Of a stretch of 64,000 nt of DNA, positions 45,909 through 55,673 are shown in pieces. The DNA is taken from positions 1,870,884-1,934,883 of the forward strand of contig JBFWNU010000001.1 in NCBI GenBank assembly GCA_050250895.1, read 5' to 3'. Under the pieces are notes generated by a model that made no database searches, had not been told where the DNA came from, and saw nothing but the letters and a program-made list of their open reading frames with translations. Position 1 is the stretch's first letter; each line of letters begins with the position of its first letter. Position numbers and translations under genes: made by a program. The stretch comes from Vulcanimicrobiota bacterium (GTDB taxonomy: Bacteria; Vulcanimicrobiota; Xenobia; Xenobiales; JADMJV01).

Positions 45909-47891
45909 ATGTTAGGCCCCATCATGCCGTGGCTTTACGCCCTCGGCACCCTCCTGTGCGTTGGCGCACTTTTTCACTATGTGATTCGTTTCATCCCGAA
46001 CAACCGGGTCGGAATCAAAGAGCTGGTCTGGTCCGCCAAAGGTAATCTCGAATCCGGCATCATCGCCCTCAAAGGCGAGGCCGGCTTCCAGCCCGAAGTG
46101 ATGCGCGGCGGCGTTCACCTCCTCTTCCCCACCCGCGATCGCGTGCACGTGACCTCGCTGGTGACCGTGCCCCAGGGCCAGGTCGGATACATCTTCGCTC
46201 GCGACGGCGAGCCCCTGGTTGCGACCCAGACCCTGGCCAGAGCGATAGATTGCAACCACTTCCAGGATGTGCGTGCTTTCTTTGCCAACGGTGGTCAGCG
46301 CGGACCCCAACGTCAAATTTTGCGAGAGGGCACTTACGCTATCAACCTGGCTCAGTTCGCCGTCATCACTGCCGACCAGATCTATTACCATCAGCTTCGT
46401 CGTGAAGACGACGAGCTGTTCAGCCGCATGGCCGACCAGATTCACGAGCGCGACGGCTTCAGGCCGGTGGTCATCACCGCCGATTTGGTAGGCATCGTGA
46501 CGGTCCACGACGGCCCGTCTCTGGCACCGGGCGAGATCATCTGCCCCATCGTGGGCACCAACTCGGACAAGCCCGAGATCTATCACAACAACTTCCAGGA
46601 TCCCGAGGCCTACTTGCGGGCCCACGGCAAACGGGGTCGTCAACTGCAGGTGCTGGTGGAAGGCACCTACTACGTCAATCGTCTCTTCGCCACCGTCGAG
46701 ACCATTCCCAAGACGGTCGTCGAGGTTGGCTATGTCGGAGTCGTCGTCAGTTATGTCGGCGACATCGGCGCCGACCTCTCCGGCAACCTTTACCGCCACG
46801 GCGAACTGGTTCCCGAAAATCACAGGGGTGTGTGGAAACGCCCTTTGATGCCGGGCAAGTACGCATTCAATACCTACGCAGGCAAGATCATCCTCGTCCC
46901 CACCACCAACTTCATTCTAAAGTGGGTGCGCCGGGAGGTGGGTGCTCATCGCTACGACGAGAATCTGTCCGAGGTCTCTCTCATCACCAAAGACGCCTTC
47001 GAGCCGTCTCTGCCGTTGTCTGTAGTCGTGCACATCGACTATATGAAGGCACCCCTGGTGGTGCAGCGTTTCGGAGATGTCAAGAAGCTGGTCGAGCAGA
47101 CGCTCGATCCGATGGTGGCGGCCTATTTCAAGAACATTGGCCAGACCCGCACTCTGATCCAGCTGCTGCAAGATCGCAGCAGCATTCAGAAGCTGGCTGC
47201 CGATGAGATGAAGGAGAAGTTCGAACACTACGACCTGGAACTCGAGGAAGTACTGATCGGTACGCCGGCGCCCTCTGACGGCGACCAGCGGATCGAGGAC
47301 ATCCTCGCCCAGCTGCGTGCCCGCCAGATCGCCGAAGAACAGATCGAGACCTACGCTCGTCAAGAGAAGGCCGCTGTCAAGGAGCGGGAACTTCGGGAAG
47401 CCGAAGCCCGTGCCCGCCAGCAGACCCAGATCACCGAGTCGGAACTCTCGATTCAGGTTCACCAGAACCAGGGCAAAGCCGAACTGCAGAGGGCTCTGCA
47501 AGAAGCCGATCGCATCCGCGCTCTGGCTGATGCCGAAGCCAGTCGTCATCGGGCTCTGGCCGAGGCCGAAGCGACCAAAGTGAAAGCCCTGGGTGAGGCT
47601 GAAGCCGACCGCGAACTGCGGGTGGGACAGGCCCGCGCCGTGGCCATTCACGAGCAGGTCCAGGCCTATGGTGGCCCTCAGTTCCAGCTCACTCGAGAAG
47701 TGATGGTCCGCTTCGCCGAGGCCATCCAACAGTCAGGCGTCGACGTGGTGCCTCGCATCATGGTTGGCGGTTCTGGCCAGGCTGGCCCTGGAAGCGCCGT
47801 CGAGGGCCTGATGGCTCTGCTGATGGCCGAACGTGCCGAGAAGGTGGATGCTCCCAAGCTAGAGTCGACCTTCAACGGCAAAGCCGGCTAA
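45909..47891 (+). CDS. SPFH/flotillin family protein
   Basis: N-terminal TM, SPFH core, AEA-rich coiled coil, VVPRIMVGG tail; AAAGGA RBS. Confidence 0.9.
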   Translation: MLGPIMPWLYALGTLLCVGALFHYVIRFIPNNRVGIKELVWSAKGNLESGIIALKGEAGFQPEVMRGGVHLLFPTRDRVHVTSLVTVPQGQVGYIFARDGEPLVATQTLARAIDCNHFQDVRAFFANGGQRGPQRQILREGTYAINLAQFAVITADQIYYHQLRREDDELFSRMADQIHERDGFRPVVITADLVGIVTVHDGPSLAPGEIICPIVGTNSDKPEIYHNNFQDPEAYLRAHGKRGRQLQVLVEGTYYVNRLFATVETIPKTVVEVGYVGVVVSYVGDIGADLSGNLYRHGELVPENHRGVWKRPLMPGKYAFNTYAGKIILVPTTNFILKWVRREVGAHRYDENLSEVSLITKDAFEPSLPLSVVVHIDYMKAPLVVQRFGDVKKLVEQTLDPMVAAYFKNIGQTRTLIQLLQDRSSIQKLAADEMKEKFEHYDLELEEVLIGTPAPSDGDQRIEDILAQLRARQIAEEQIETYARQEKAAVKERELREAEARARQQTQITESELSIQVHQNQGKAELQRALQEADRIRALADAEASRHRALAEAEATKVKALGEAEADRELRVGQARAVAIHEQVQAYGGPQFQLTREVMVRFAEAIQQSGVDVVPRIMVGGSGQAGPGSAVEGLMALLMAERAEKVDAPKLESTFNGKAG

Positions 47892-47898
47892 GTCGCTA

Positions 47899-47925
47899 GC
47901 CCCCGGTTTCGACCGGGGGCCTTTT
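47899..47925 (+). terminator. Intrinsic terminator
   Basis: GCCCCCGGT-TTCG-ACCGGGGGC-CTTTT. Confidence 0.85.
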
Positions 47926-48262
47926 CTCGTCTCTCGTTCGGGCTAAAGGCTATCCGCCGAGGCTGGCGCTGAGAATAGCGCGCTCGATGTCGGACATTTC
48001 AGGCTCGTGGTCACGCACCGTTTCGATGAGCTTTTTATAGGGGCTGCGTTCGAGCATAGGTCTATGCTATCAGGCCTGACCGGACCTGTGGGGGCGATCA
48101 TGTAAAAGCTTTGTTACAAGTTGTTTCCGTCGTGTCTTTTTCTGACAAAAACGAAGGTGGCGGGAGAAAGCCCGGCGCCGGGGCGAACGCGAGTTTAACA
48201 TCTTTCTCGACATGTGAGCCGGACCTTGCGATACGCTCTCAAGCGTCAAGGCAGGTGCTCTA

Positions 48263-49579
48263 GTGTATATCAGACCTCAGCTCACAACCGGATACGCCGA
48301 GCCCAAAGAGGCCGCCCCCCGGGTCGCCATTCTCGACGACTTCGACGGCGACCCTAAGGGCTTTCCTCATGGTCAGGCGGTCGAATCGGTCTTGTTCTCG
48401 CACAGCGCTCTGAGCGATGACGATGTGCAGCGCCTGCAGAACGAGCCCAAACAGGCGGACCTGCGCGAGTTGCTCCAGCAGATGCCCTTTCGCCAGGCCT
48501 TCGGAGCCATGGTCGCTCGCAACGTGGCCGGCTTCTATCTCAGCACTGCCCAGAATCTTCACACCATCCTCAACGAGTTGCCGTCGGTGAAGCTCATCGA
48601 GCAATCGCAGGGCGAGACCTCGGCCCGCCAGCTCGAGTCGATTTTTGACGGCCTGACCAACAGCCAGGCTTTCCGTCAGCAGGTCAGCCAGGCCATGGGG
48701 CTTCCTGCCGACGCTCCGCTTCATAAAGTGTGTGAAGAGCTACTGGCCGAGGCCGACCAGGTGGCCAACCACTCCGAGCTCTGCCAGAAGTCGCGCCAGG
48801 AGTATCTGAAGGTCGCCCGCGCCGCCTATGACCGGGGAATCACCTACCTCGTGGCCGCCGGCAACCATGGCCAGTTCGCTCGCGAACTCGAAGCCATCGG
48901 GGTGCAGGCTAGTCCCAGCGCCTTTCGCAACATCTTCGTCAACGACTATGTGACCGTGGTCGGAGCCAACACGCCCGAAGGCCAGCCGTCGGGCCTGAAC
49001 TCGCCGAATGCGGCCATCGAGGTCTATGAACGTGGCGAAGACCTGGTCTGGTCGGTGGGCGAGGGGTTTGACGTCCATGGCGTGCATAGCGGCACCTCCT
49101 TTGCGGTGCCGATCGTGGCCGGCAGGGTGACCGAGCGTCAGGCCACGGAGCCGGGTCTGACTCCTTTCGAGATCGAGACGCAGTTGCAGGGCCTGGATTC
49201 CTACCAGGTCCAGGACGGGGCGGCGGTGTCTACGGGCAACGGGCAGAGCCTCATCGCTGATGGCTCGATCGAGCCGTACATTCTCGAGCAGATAGGGGAA
49301 GGCTTCGTAACGGGCCTGGACACCGACGAAGCCGGTCAGTTGGCCCGGGCCACCCAGGACCGGACATTCTTCGGCTTGCCCGGGGCCAAAGACCACGAAT
49401 TCCAGTTGGTACGCGTGGCCCCCGATCCCGATGGGGTGCGCCAACTTTCGCTCGAAACCTATTTCAAGGCCGGGCATCACGTCTTGACCGCCAGGTTGAA
49501 AGACGGAGCCTGGGACCCGCATTCGGTTACCGAAGAACTCCACCTCGACCCCAGGCGCGCAGCCGCTATCGAAAACTAG
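48263..49579 (+). CDS. Divergent S8 subtilase without signal peptide
   Basis: VAILDD, PHG, VAAGN, SGTSFAVP. Confidence 0.8.
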   Translation: MYIRPQLTTGYAEPKEAAPRVAILDDFDGDPKGFPHGQAVESVLFSHSALSDDDVQRLQNEPKQADLRELLQQMPFRQAFGAMVARNVAGFYLSTAQNLHTILNELPSVKLIEQSQGETSARQLESIFDGLTNSQAFRQQVSQAMGLPADAPLHKVCEELLAEADQVANHSELCQKSRQEYLKVARAAYDRGITYLVAAGNHGQFARELEAIGVQASPSAFRNIFVNDYVTVVGANTPEGQPSGLNSPNAAIEVYERGEDLVWSVGEGFDVHGVHSGTSFAVPIVAGRVTERQATEPGLTPFEIETQLQGLDSYQVQDGAAVSTGNGQSLIADGSIEPYILEQIGEGFVTGLDTDEAGQLARATQDRTFFGLPGAKDHEFQLVRVAPDPDGVRQLSLETYFKAGHHVLTARLKDGAWDPHSVTEELHLDPRRAAAIEN

Positions 49580-49603
49580 CGCTACGGGCTTGACGGGACC
49601 GGC

Positions 49604-50425
49604 TTAGAAGGTGTTGCCGTCCTCGATGCGGCCGCTCTCCCAGCCCCTCTTGAACCACTGCTTGCGCTGTTCGGAGCTGCCGTGGGTGAACGAGTCGGGC
49701 ACGACATAGCCTCGGGCCTGCTGCTGCAGGCGGTCGTCGCCCACGGCCGCGGCCGCTCCCAGGGCTTCGTCCAGGTCGCCCGGCTCGAGCACATTGAGGC
49801 GCTGCTGGGCGTGATGGGCCCACACGCCGGCATAGAAGTCGGCCTGTAGTTCGACCTTCACCTGTAAAGCGTTGGCTTCTTTCTTTGCCAGCCGTTGCTG
49901 GCGGGCGTGAACCTCGCTGAGCACTCCGAATTGGTTTTGCACGTGATGGCCGACTTCGTGGGCGATGACATAGGCGCGGGCGAAGTCGCCGGGCGCTCCG
50001 AAGCGTTGCTCGAGTTCTTGAAAGAAGCTCAGATCGAGATAGACCTTTTCGTCCCCCGGGCAATAGAACGGCCCCATGGCCGCCTGGGCAAAGCCGCAAG
50101 CGCTGCTGATCTCGCCGTCAAACAGCACCAGCTTGGGCTCGATATAGGTCATCCCTCGCTCGGCAAAGAGTTGATGCCAGACCTCTTCGGTGTCGGCCAG
50201 CACGACTGAGGCGAACTCATCCGAGCCGTCGGGCGCCACGACCGCCGGGCGTGAGGGGGGGCCAGAACTCGAGAGGGCGTGCAGAATCTCGAAGGGGTCG
50301 ACGCCGGCCAGCAAAGCGACGACGACCACCACGACCGTGACCAGTCCGCCCGCGCGCACCGGCCCACCGCCTCCCCCTCGTAGATCTTCTACGTTGTCGC
50401 TGCCTCGCCGGCCCTGCCATCGCAT
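49604..50425 (-). CDS. Neutral zinc metallopeptidase (YpfJ family)
   Basis: MRWQGRRGSDNVEDLR, GPFYCPGD, AHEVGHHVQ, ELQAD, FTHGSS. Confidence 0.93.
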   Translation of the reverse strand: MRWQGRRGSDNVEDLRGGGGGPVRAGGLVTVVVVVVALLAGVDPFEILHALSSSGPPSRPAVVAPDGSDEFASVVLADTEEVWHQLFAERGMTYIEPKLVLFDGEISSACGFAQAAMGPFYCPGDEKVYLDLSFFQELEQRFGAPGDFARAYVIAHEVGHHVQNQFGVLSEVHARQQRLAKKEANALQVKVELQADFYAGVWAHHAQQRLNVLEPGDLDEALGAAAAVGDDRLQQQARGYVVPDSFTHGSSEQRKQWFKRGWESGRIEDGNTF

Positions 50426-50432
50426 GGTCCAG

Positions 50433-53129
50433 CTATTCTTGGACCGGTTTCTGCGGCCCTGCAGTCAGTCCCAGCGCCGCCAACACAGCGGCCGGGCTGT
50501 CGGCACCGTGCTTGTGGACCACCTCCGCCACCTGGTCCAGGCGAGCGTAGTCTTCGGGTCCCAGGTCGCGGGCAGTGTAGATGACCACCGGCACCCGGGG
50601 GTCAAGGCGACGCAGTCCCTCTAAGACCTGAAAGCCTTCCATGTCGGGCAGGCCGAGGTCAAGCACGACTGCCGAAGGCAGCTGTTGGGCGAAAAAGTCG
50701 AGCGCCTCCTGACCTGTGGCAACCGAGATGAACCTGGCATTCATCCCGTCTAGCTCTTGCTCGAGCAGGCCACGGGTCCCGACGTCGTCCTCCACCACCA
50801 GCACCGTCCCCTCTTGAGCCAGGTCTTGCAGCACGGCCTGAAAACGGGAGGCATCCACCGGCTTGGTCAACCAGGCGGCGATGCCCAGATCGTAGCCCAC
50901 CGGCGAATTGTCGAGCACGCTCGTGATGATGACTGGAATCGAGCTGGTCTGGGGGTTGGCCCGAATGCGTTTGAGCACTTCCCAGCCGCCCATTCCGGGC
51001 ATGACGATATCCAGCAGCACCGCGCTCGGACGCAGCGAGGCCAGGCGGGCCAGACCTTCTTCGCCGCTGCGGGCCAAATGCACGCGGTAGCCGGCCTCGC
51101 TCAACTCGCTGTACATCACCTCGAGAAAGCTGGCCTGATCGTCGATGACCAGCACGTCCGGGCCCGCGCCTTTGGGCTTGAGGGCTTCGAGACCCCGCTC
51201 CTGGTCGCCCACCAATACCGTGTCGGGAAAGATCAGCGAGAACGTCGAGCCCACGCCGAGTTCGCTCTCGACCTGCATTCGCCCACCCATCAGAGTGGCC
51301 AGTTTGTCGACGATGGCCAGGCCCAGTCCGGCCCCCTCGCGCTCGCGGGTATGCGAGGCATCGACCTGATGGAACGGCTCGAAGATGCGCTTGAGCTGTT
51401 CTGGCCCGATACCCAGGCCCTGGTCTTGCACGGCCAGCACGACCTCGCGTCCGCGCAGGCCGAAAGTGGACAGGATGTTACCGCTGTCGGAGTATTTGAT
51501 GGCGTTGGTGAGCAGATTGATCAACACCTGGCGTAGCCGATCGGGGTCGAGGTAGAGGACCATGGGTTCTTGCTCGACCCGAAACTCCATGGTCATTCCC
51601 TTTTCCTCGGCCTGGGGAGTCAGGGTGTCACGCAATTCTTCGGCCAGGGCCCGACAGTCAACCTCAGAGGGGCTCACCACCATGCGACCGGCTTCGATGC
51701 GCTCGAAGTCGAGGATGTCGTTGACCAGGGTCAGCAGTTGCCGTCCGCTCTGATGAATCAGCTGTAGATTCTTGTATTGCCGCTCGGGCAGCTTGTCCTG
51801 GGTTTTGCGCAACATCAGTTTCGAGAAGCCGATGATGGCGTTGAGCGGGGTGCGCAGCTCGTGGGACATGTTAGCCAGAAATTGGCCCTTGATACGATAG
51901 GCTCTTTCTAGTTCGTCGTTCTGGTCTTCGAGTCGGGCCAGACTCTGGCCGAGCTTGTGGCGCGAGTCGACCAGGCGATCGATCATACGATTGGTGTCCC
52001 CGGCCAACTGGCCCACCTCGTCCTTGAAGAAAACGGGCACCCGGTCGCCGGCGTCCACCTCGCCCCGCACCACGATCTTGCGGACCGTATCGGCGATTCG
52101 AGCCAGGGGGTTGGCCACGGTGTGGCTCATCAGCAGGGCCGAGCCCAGTCCCCAGGCGACCGCCACCAGGGCAGCCAGGGCAATGGCCACTTGAGACGTC
52201 CTGGTGGCGCCGGCCGCCAGCACCACCACCCCAACCACCTGGTCACCCTGAAGGCGAGTGCGTAGCACCGCTCGCTGACTGCGATTGGTCGAAGCGCCCT
52301 CCGAGACCGATTGCGTGAACCACCGGGCCAGGGCCGGCCTTTCGCGCAGCAACACCGTGAGTTTGTCGCCCTGGACCAAGCCACCCTGTGGGGTGGCCAG
52401 GAAAGGATAGACGCCCTCCGCGTCCTGCCACGATTCGGGTGAGTCGAGGTGAGCCAGAACCAGTTCGGCGGTGCGTGCCGATTCGTTCATTTCCTGGGCG
52501 CTGCGCAAGATGGCCTGGATTCCGATGAAATAGCAGCAGGGCGAGAGAGCCAGACACAGACCCAGCACCACCATCTTGCTGCGGATCGATACCCAGACGC
52601 CGGGTAACTCGAGGCCGCGCTTCTCGGCCGGAATCGAGATTCGTCCGGCGATAGGAGCAAACAGAAAGAGATTGAGCGGAAAACCCACGGCAAAGCCGCC
52701 GAAACCCACCGTGGCCGCGAATAACAGCCCCGGAATCAGAGCGTCGGGTCCTAGCCTGGCCGGCGTATCGGCCAGGCTAAGGATGACCGCCAGGGCGGCA
52801 TACATCACGAAGAACAAGCATGAGTAAAAAATGGTGTAGTAGAGCGGAAAATTGTAGATGGCGCGAGCGGCGCTGCTGGCCTGTTCATCGTCCCAGGTCT
52901 CGTCGGGACGGCGGCTCAGCCAGCGGTCGAGCGGCGCCACCATGCGCACCCGCAGCAGCAGCCAAACGGCCGTGCGGGGCAGATAGAGCCAGAACAGGAT
53001 GCGGTAGAAGGCATGAGCGGCCTCAGCCTCAAGGCTGAAGACATAGCGAAAGCAGACAGCCAGGAGCAGGTTGAAGACCACGTCGAGACAAGCCATCACC
53101 AGCGTGGTGCGGAGCGTGTAAGACCCCAT
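50433..53129 (-). CDS. Hybrid sensor histidine kinase (TMs, HAMP, HisKA, HATPase, two REC)
   Basis: FLANMSHELRTPLN, NAIKY, DQGLG, GLGL, two receiver domains. Confidence 0.95.
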   Translation of the reverse strand: MGSYTLRTTLVMACLDVVFNLLLAVCFRYVFSLEAEAAHAFYRILFWLYLPRTAVWLLLRVRMVAPLDRWLSRRPDETWDDEQASSAARAIYNFPLYYTIFYSCLFFVMYAALAVILSLADTPARLGPDALIPGLLFAATVGFGGFAVGFPLNLFLFAPIAGRISIPAEKRGLELPGVWVSIRSKMVVLGLCLALSPCCYFIGIQAILRSAQEMNESARTAELVLAHLDSPESWQDAEGVYPFLATPQGGLVQGDKLTVLLRERPALARWFTQSVSEGASTNRSQRAVLRTRLQGDQVVGVVVLAAGATRTSQVAIALAALVAVAWGLGSALLMSHTVANPLARIADTVRKIVVRGEVDAGDRVPVFFKDEVGQLAGDTNRMIDRLVDSRHKLGQSLARLEDQNDELERAYRIKGQFLANMSHELRTPLNAIIGFSKLMLRKTQDKLPERQYKNLQLIHQSGRQLLTLVNDILDFERIEAGRMVVSPSEVDCRALAEELRDTLTPQAEEKGMTMEFRVEQEPMVLYLDPDRLRQVLINLLTNAIKYSDSGNILSTFGLRGREVVLAVQDQGLGIGPEQLKRIFEPFHQVDASHTREREGAGLGLAIVDKLATLMGGRMQVESELGVGSTFSLIFPDTVLVGDQERGLEALKPKGAGPDVLVIDDQASFLEVMYSELSEAGYRVHLARSGEEGLARLASLRPSAVLLDIVMPGMGGWEVLKRIRANPQTSSIPVIITSVLDNSPVGYDLGIAAWLTKPVDASRFQAVLQDLAQEGTVLVVEDDVGTRGLLEQELDGMNARFISVATGQEALDFFAQQLPSAVVLDLGLPDMEGFQVLEGLRRLDPRVPVVIYTARDLGPEDYARLDQVAEVVHKHGADSPAAVLAALGLTAGPQKPVQE

Positions 53130-53165
53130 CAGGAAAGGTTCCCAGGGGTTCGGGCTTTGGCCTGC

Positions 53166-54098
53166 CTAGAAGAACACGGACAGCAGCGACGCTAGCGCCA
53201 CGGTTACGGCCGCTCCGGCTAGAAGCAGGTTCATTTTCGAATCGCTGGGGGCGACCGCAAGTTCGGGGGCGGCGAGTCGTGAAGTCTCGGGAGCAGGTTC
53301 TCCGGTGACCTGGCTGTAGGCTTCCGCCAGGGCGCGTCGCATGGCCCGGCCGCTGGCGAAACGCCTGGCCAGTCGACCTTCGGTGGCGCGGGCGACCAAT
53401 TGGCTGACCGCCTCGGGGCAGTCGGGCAGCACCGTCTCGGGGCGGCAAGTCTTGAGAGGCCTGGGAGTCTCGCCGGTAATCAATTCGTAGAGGGTGGCAC
53501 CCAGAGCATAGAGATCCGAGCGCGGTTCGGGATGGCCCTGTAATTGCTCGAGGGGAGCATAGGCCAGGGTGCCGACCATGGTCTTGGTGGCCGGTCCGGC
53601 CATGTCCCGAGCCATGCCGAAATCGACCAGAACCACCGTGCCATCGGGTCGCAGCACGATGTTGTGGGGCTTGACATCGCGATGCACCACCGGAACCGGG
53701 CGGTTATGGAGGTAGCACAAGACATCGCAGACTCCCAGGCAATGGGCCAGAGCCTGACCCAGCGGCAGTGGTCCCTGCTCGAGAAGCGAAGCCAGACTCT
53801 GGCCCTGGATGTAGTCCATGGCCAGATAGTCGGTCCCGTCCTGCTCGAAGAAGTCCGAGATATCGGGAATGCCAGGGTGGCGCAACTCGAGCAGTGTAGC
53901 CGCCTCGCGAGCGAACCGTCCGCGCATGTCGTGATCGGCCCCGGGGTTGATCTGCTTGATGGCCACCGCCCCGCCGGTTTGCTGATCGCGAGCCAGATAG
54001 ACGGATCCCATCCCTCCGCTACCCAGCATCGATTCGACCAGGTAGCGGTCATGCAGCAGGGTCCCGGGCTTGCATTGGTGTTCCGAAGTCGGGGTCAC
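53166..54098 (-). CDS. Ser/Thr protein kinase with C-terminal TM anchor
   Basis: GSGGMG, VAIK, HRDVKPHN, DFG, APLEQ. Confidence 0.93.
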   Translation of the reverse strand: MTPTSEHQCKPGTLLHDRYLVESMLGSGGMGSVYLARDQQTGGAVAIKQINPGADHDMRGRFAREAATLLELRHPGIPDISDFFEQDGTDYLAMDYIQGQSLASLLEQGPLPLGQALAHCLGVCDVLCYLHNRPVPVVHRDVKPHNIVLRPDGTVVLVDFGMARDMAGPATKTMVGTLAYAPLEQLQGHPEPRSDLYALGATLYELITGETPRPLKTCRPETVLPDCPEAVSQLVARATEGRLARRFASGRAMRRALAEAYSQVTGEPAPETSRLAAPELAVAPSDSKMNLLLAGAAVTVALASLLSVFF

Positions 54099-54135
54099 GC
54101 TCTAAAGTATAGCCCAGCTTTTTGAAGTGTGCAGG

Positions 54136-54825
54136 CTAACAAGTCCCGCAGCAACCGTAGACGAAGCCTCCCAACCCTTCGCACGTGCCACCCGCCGTTC
54201 CCGCGGCCAGCCCGCAACAAGCCACCCCCACGGCGGTTTGGTGGGCGTTGGCGCGAGCGGTAGAGCAGGTCGTGTTGACCTCGATGGGAGCCGAACTGAG
54301 ATCGATGCAATCTGGATTGAAGGCAGCCGGCAGGGCATTAGCGAGCGGGTCGGTAGCGCAGCTACCGCTCGAATCGGTTGGACGGCAGCGCCAGATGATA
54401 CACGAGCAGTTGCTGGCGCACTGACTGGGGTTGGTGCAAAAACAATCCGAGCAGGCCGCGGTGCAGGCGGCGGCGCTGATGCAGGCCGACGACGCGTGGG
54501 CGGGCGTAGGCAAAGCCAGGCTGGTGAGGGCAAGTGCGGCTGCCGCTGTGCCCGAGCCGGCCAGGAACGCGCGGCGAGTCTGGTTGCCCTCGACAAGGCC
54601 CGCGGCTTGCAGCCGAACCAGGGCGGCATCAAGCACCTCTTCACCGCCAACCTCTTCACCAACCTGGCTGCGCGGAGTATGTCCGTCACAGCGCGCGAGG
54701 ATCTGGCTCAATAAGGGAGTCAAGGCATGGGCTTGACGGCTGGAGGGGTCGTAGGCCAGGGCTTCGTCGCCAATCGCGGTGATGGTCAGTCCACTCTTGG
54801 TGGAGGGCATTCTATTTTCAGTCAT
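54136..54825 (-). CDS. PqqD/RRE-like domain + internal Tat-like signal + 18-Cys C-terminal domain
   Basis: IGDEALAYD..AHAL..CDG..LVRLQAAGLV; TRRAFL-hydrophobic-AHA; Cys-rich tail; start could also be 54810. Confidence 0.75.
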   Translation of the reverse strand: MTENRMPSTKSGLTITAIGDEALAYDPSSRQAHALTPLLSQILARCDGHTPRSQVGEEVGGEEVLDAALVRLQAAGLVEGNQTRRAFLAGSGTAAAALALTSLALPTPAHASSACISAAACTAACSDCFCTNPSQCASNCSCIIWRCRPTDSSGSCATDPLANALPAAFNPDCIDLSSAPIEVNTTCSTARANAHQTAVGVACCGLAAGTAGGTCEGLGGFVYGCCGTC

Positions 54826-54938
54826 CTGGACCCGGTTCGTTTCAAGCAAACTCCTTCCTTCTGTTGGCTTTGGCCTGCCTCTTTGGTAGATGAGGGTCAG
54901 GACTTGGGTGGAAGTCTAGTTGTTCGAAAGTGCGGTCG

Positions 54939-55466
54939 CTAGCGAGTCGCCTGGCCGCTATCAACCACTCGAGCTACCGCCGCCACATCGACCGCCGTGG
55001 GTAGATGCAAGAAAACGACCCCGGAGGCCAGCTGATGATGCAGCGCCAGGTAATAGATCTGATTGCAGAGATAGGTGCCGGCGCTGTACGAGAGCACGGT
55101 AGCCAGACCCCCTCGGCGTAGCGCCTCGAGCCAGCCGCGAGTATCGGCTGTCGACCAATAGGCGACCGGGCCGCCGACAACCACTGGTTCATCGATCTGC
55201 ATCCGCCCGTTGGCGTCGGGAATGTCAAAATCGTTGAGATTGACGGCCACACGCTCGACTCGGACGACGCTCGAGCCTCGCGCTTCGCCCAGGCACACCA
55301 GTAGCTCCGGGTTGAGTTCGCGGGCCTTCTTCTCGAGCCTTGGAAAGGCTGTTTGGCTATCGACCGGCAGCAGCAGGGTGGGGTGCTTCACTTGAGCCAG
55401 GACTTCGGCTGAGGGGTTGCGCGAAGCGCCAGCGAACGGTTCGAAGCCCGTAACCAGAATGCTCAT
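54939..55466 (-). CDS. pcp: Pyroglutamyl-peptidase I
   Basis: ILVTGFEPF..NPS, ERVAVN, SAGTYLCN, FLHLP. Confidence 0.93.
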   Translation of the reverse strand: MSILVTGFEPFAGASRNPSAEVLAQVKHPTLLLPVDSQTAFPRLEKKARELNPELLVCLGEARGSSVVRVERVAVNLNDFDIPDANGRMQIDEPVVVGGPVAYWSTADTRGWLEALRRGGLATVLSYSAGTYLCNQIYYLALHHQLASGVVFLHLPTAVDVAAVARVVDSGQATR

Positions 55467-55500
55467 CGAGCTATCTTAGGGGCAGATATCGAAACTCTTG

Positions 55501-55541
55501 CCATGTTACAAATGTAAACGTGACATTGCTGACATGTTAAC
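55501..55541. promoter_or_regulatory. Putative operator CCATGTWAC-N16-TTGCYGACATGTWAAC (copy 2)
   Basis: Gap-free match to 22091-22131. Confidence 0.55.
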
Positions 55542-55638
55542 CTCGAGACACAGGACTGTGGGTAACCCGGTGGATAAACTCACAGACGTCAGGGCTGGTA
55601 TGTCTTTGAACCCTGAAGCCAGGGATTTTTGGGGGGTG

Positions 55639-55667
55639 TTGACATCCCTCCGGCCATGCAGTATCTT
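55639..55667 (+). promoter_or_regulatory. Sigma70-type promoter for the large ncRNA
   Basis: TTGACA-N17-TATCTT. Confidence 0.78.
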
Positions 55668-55673
55668 GCAGTC

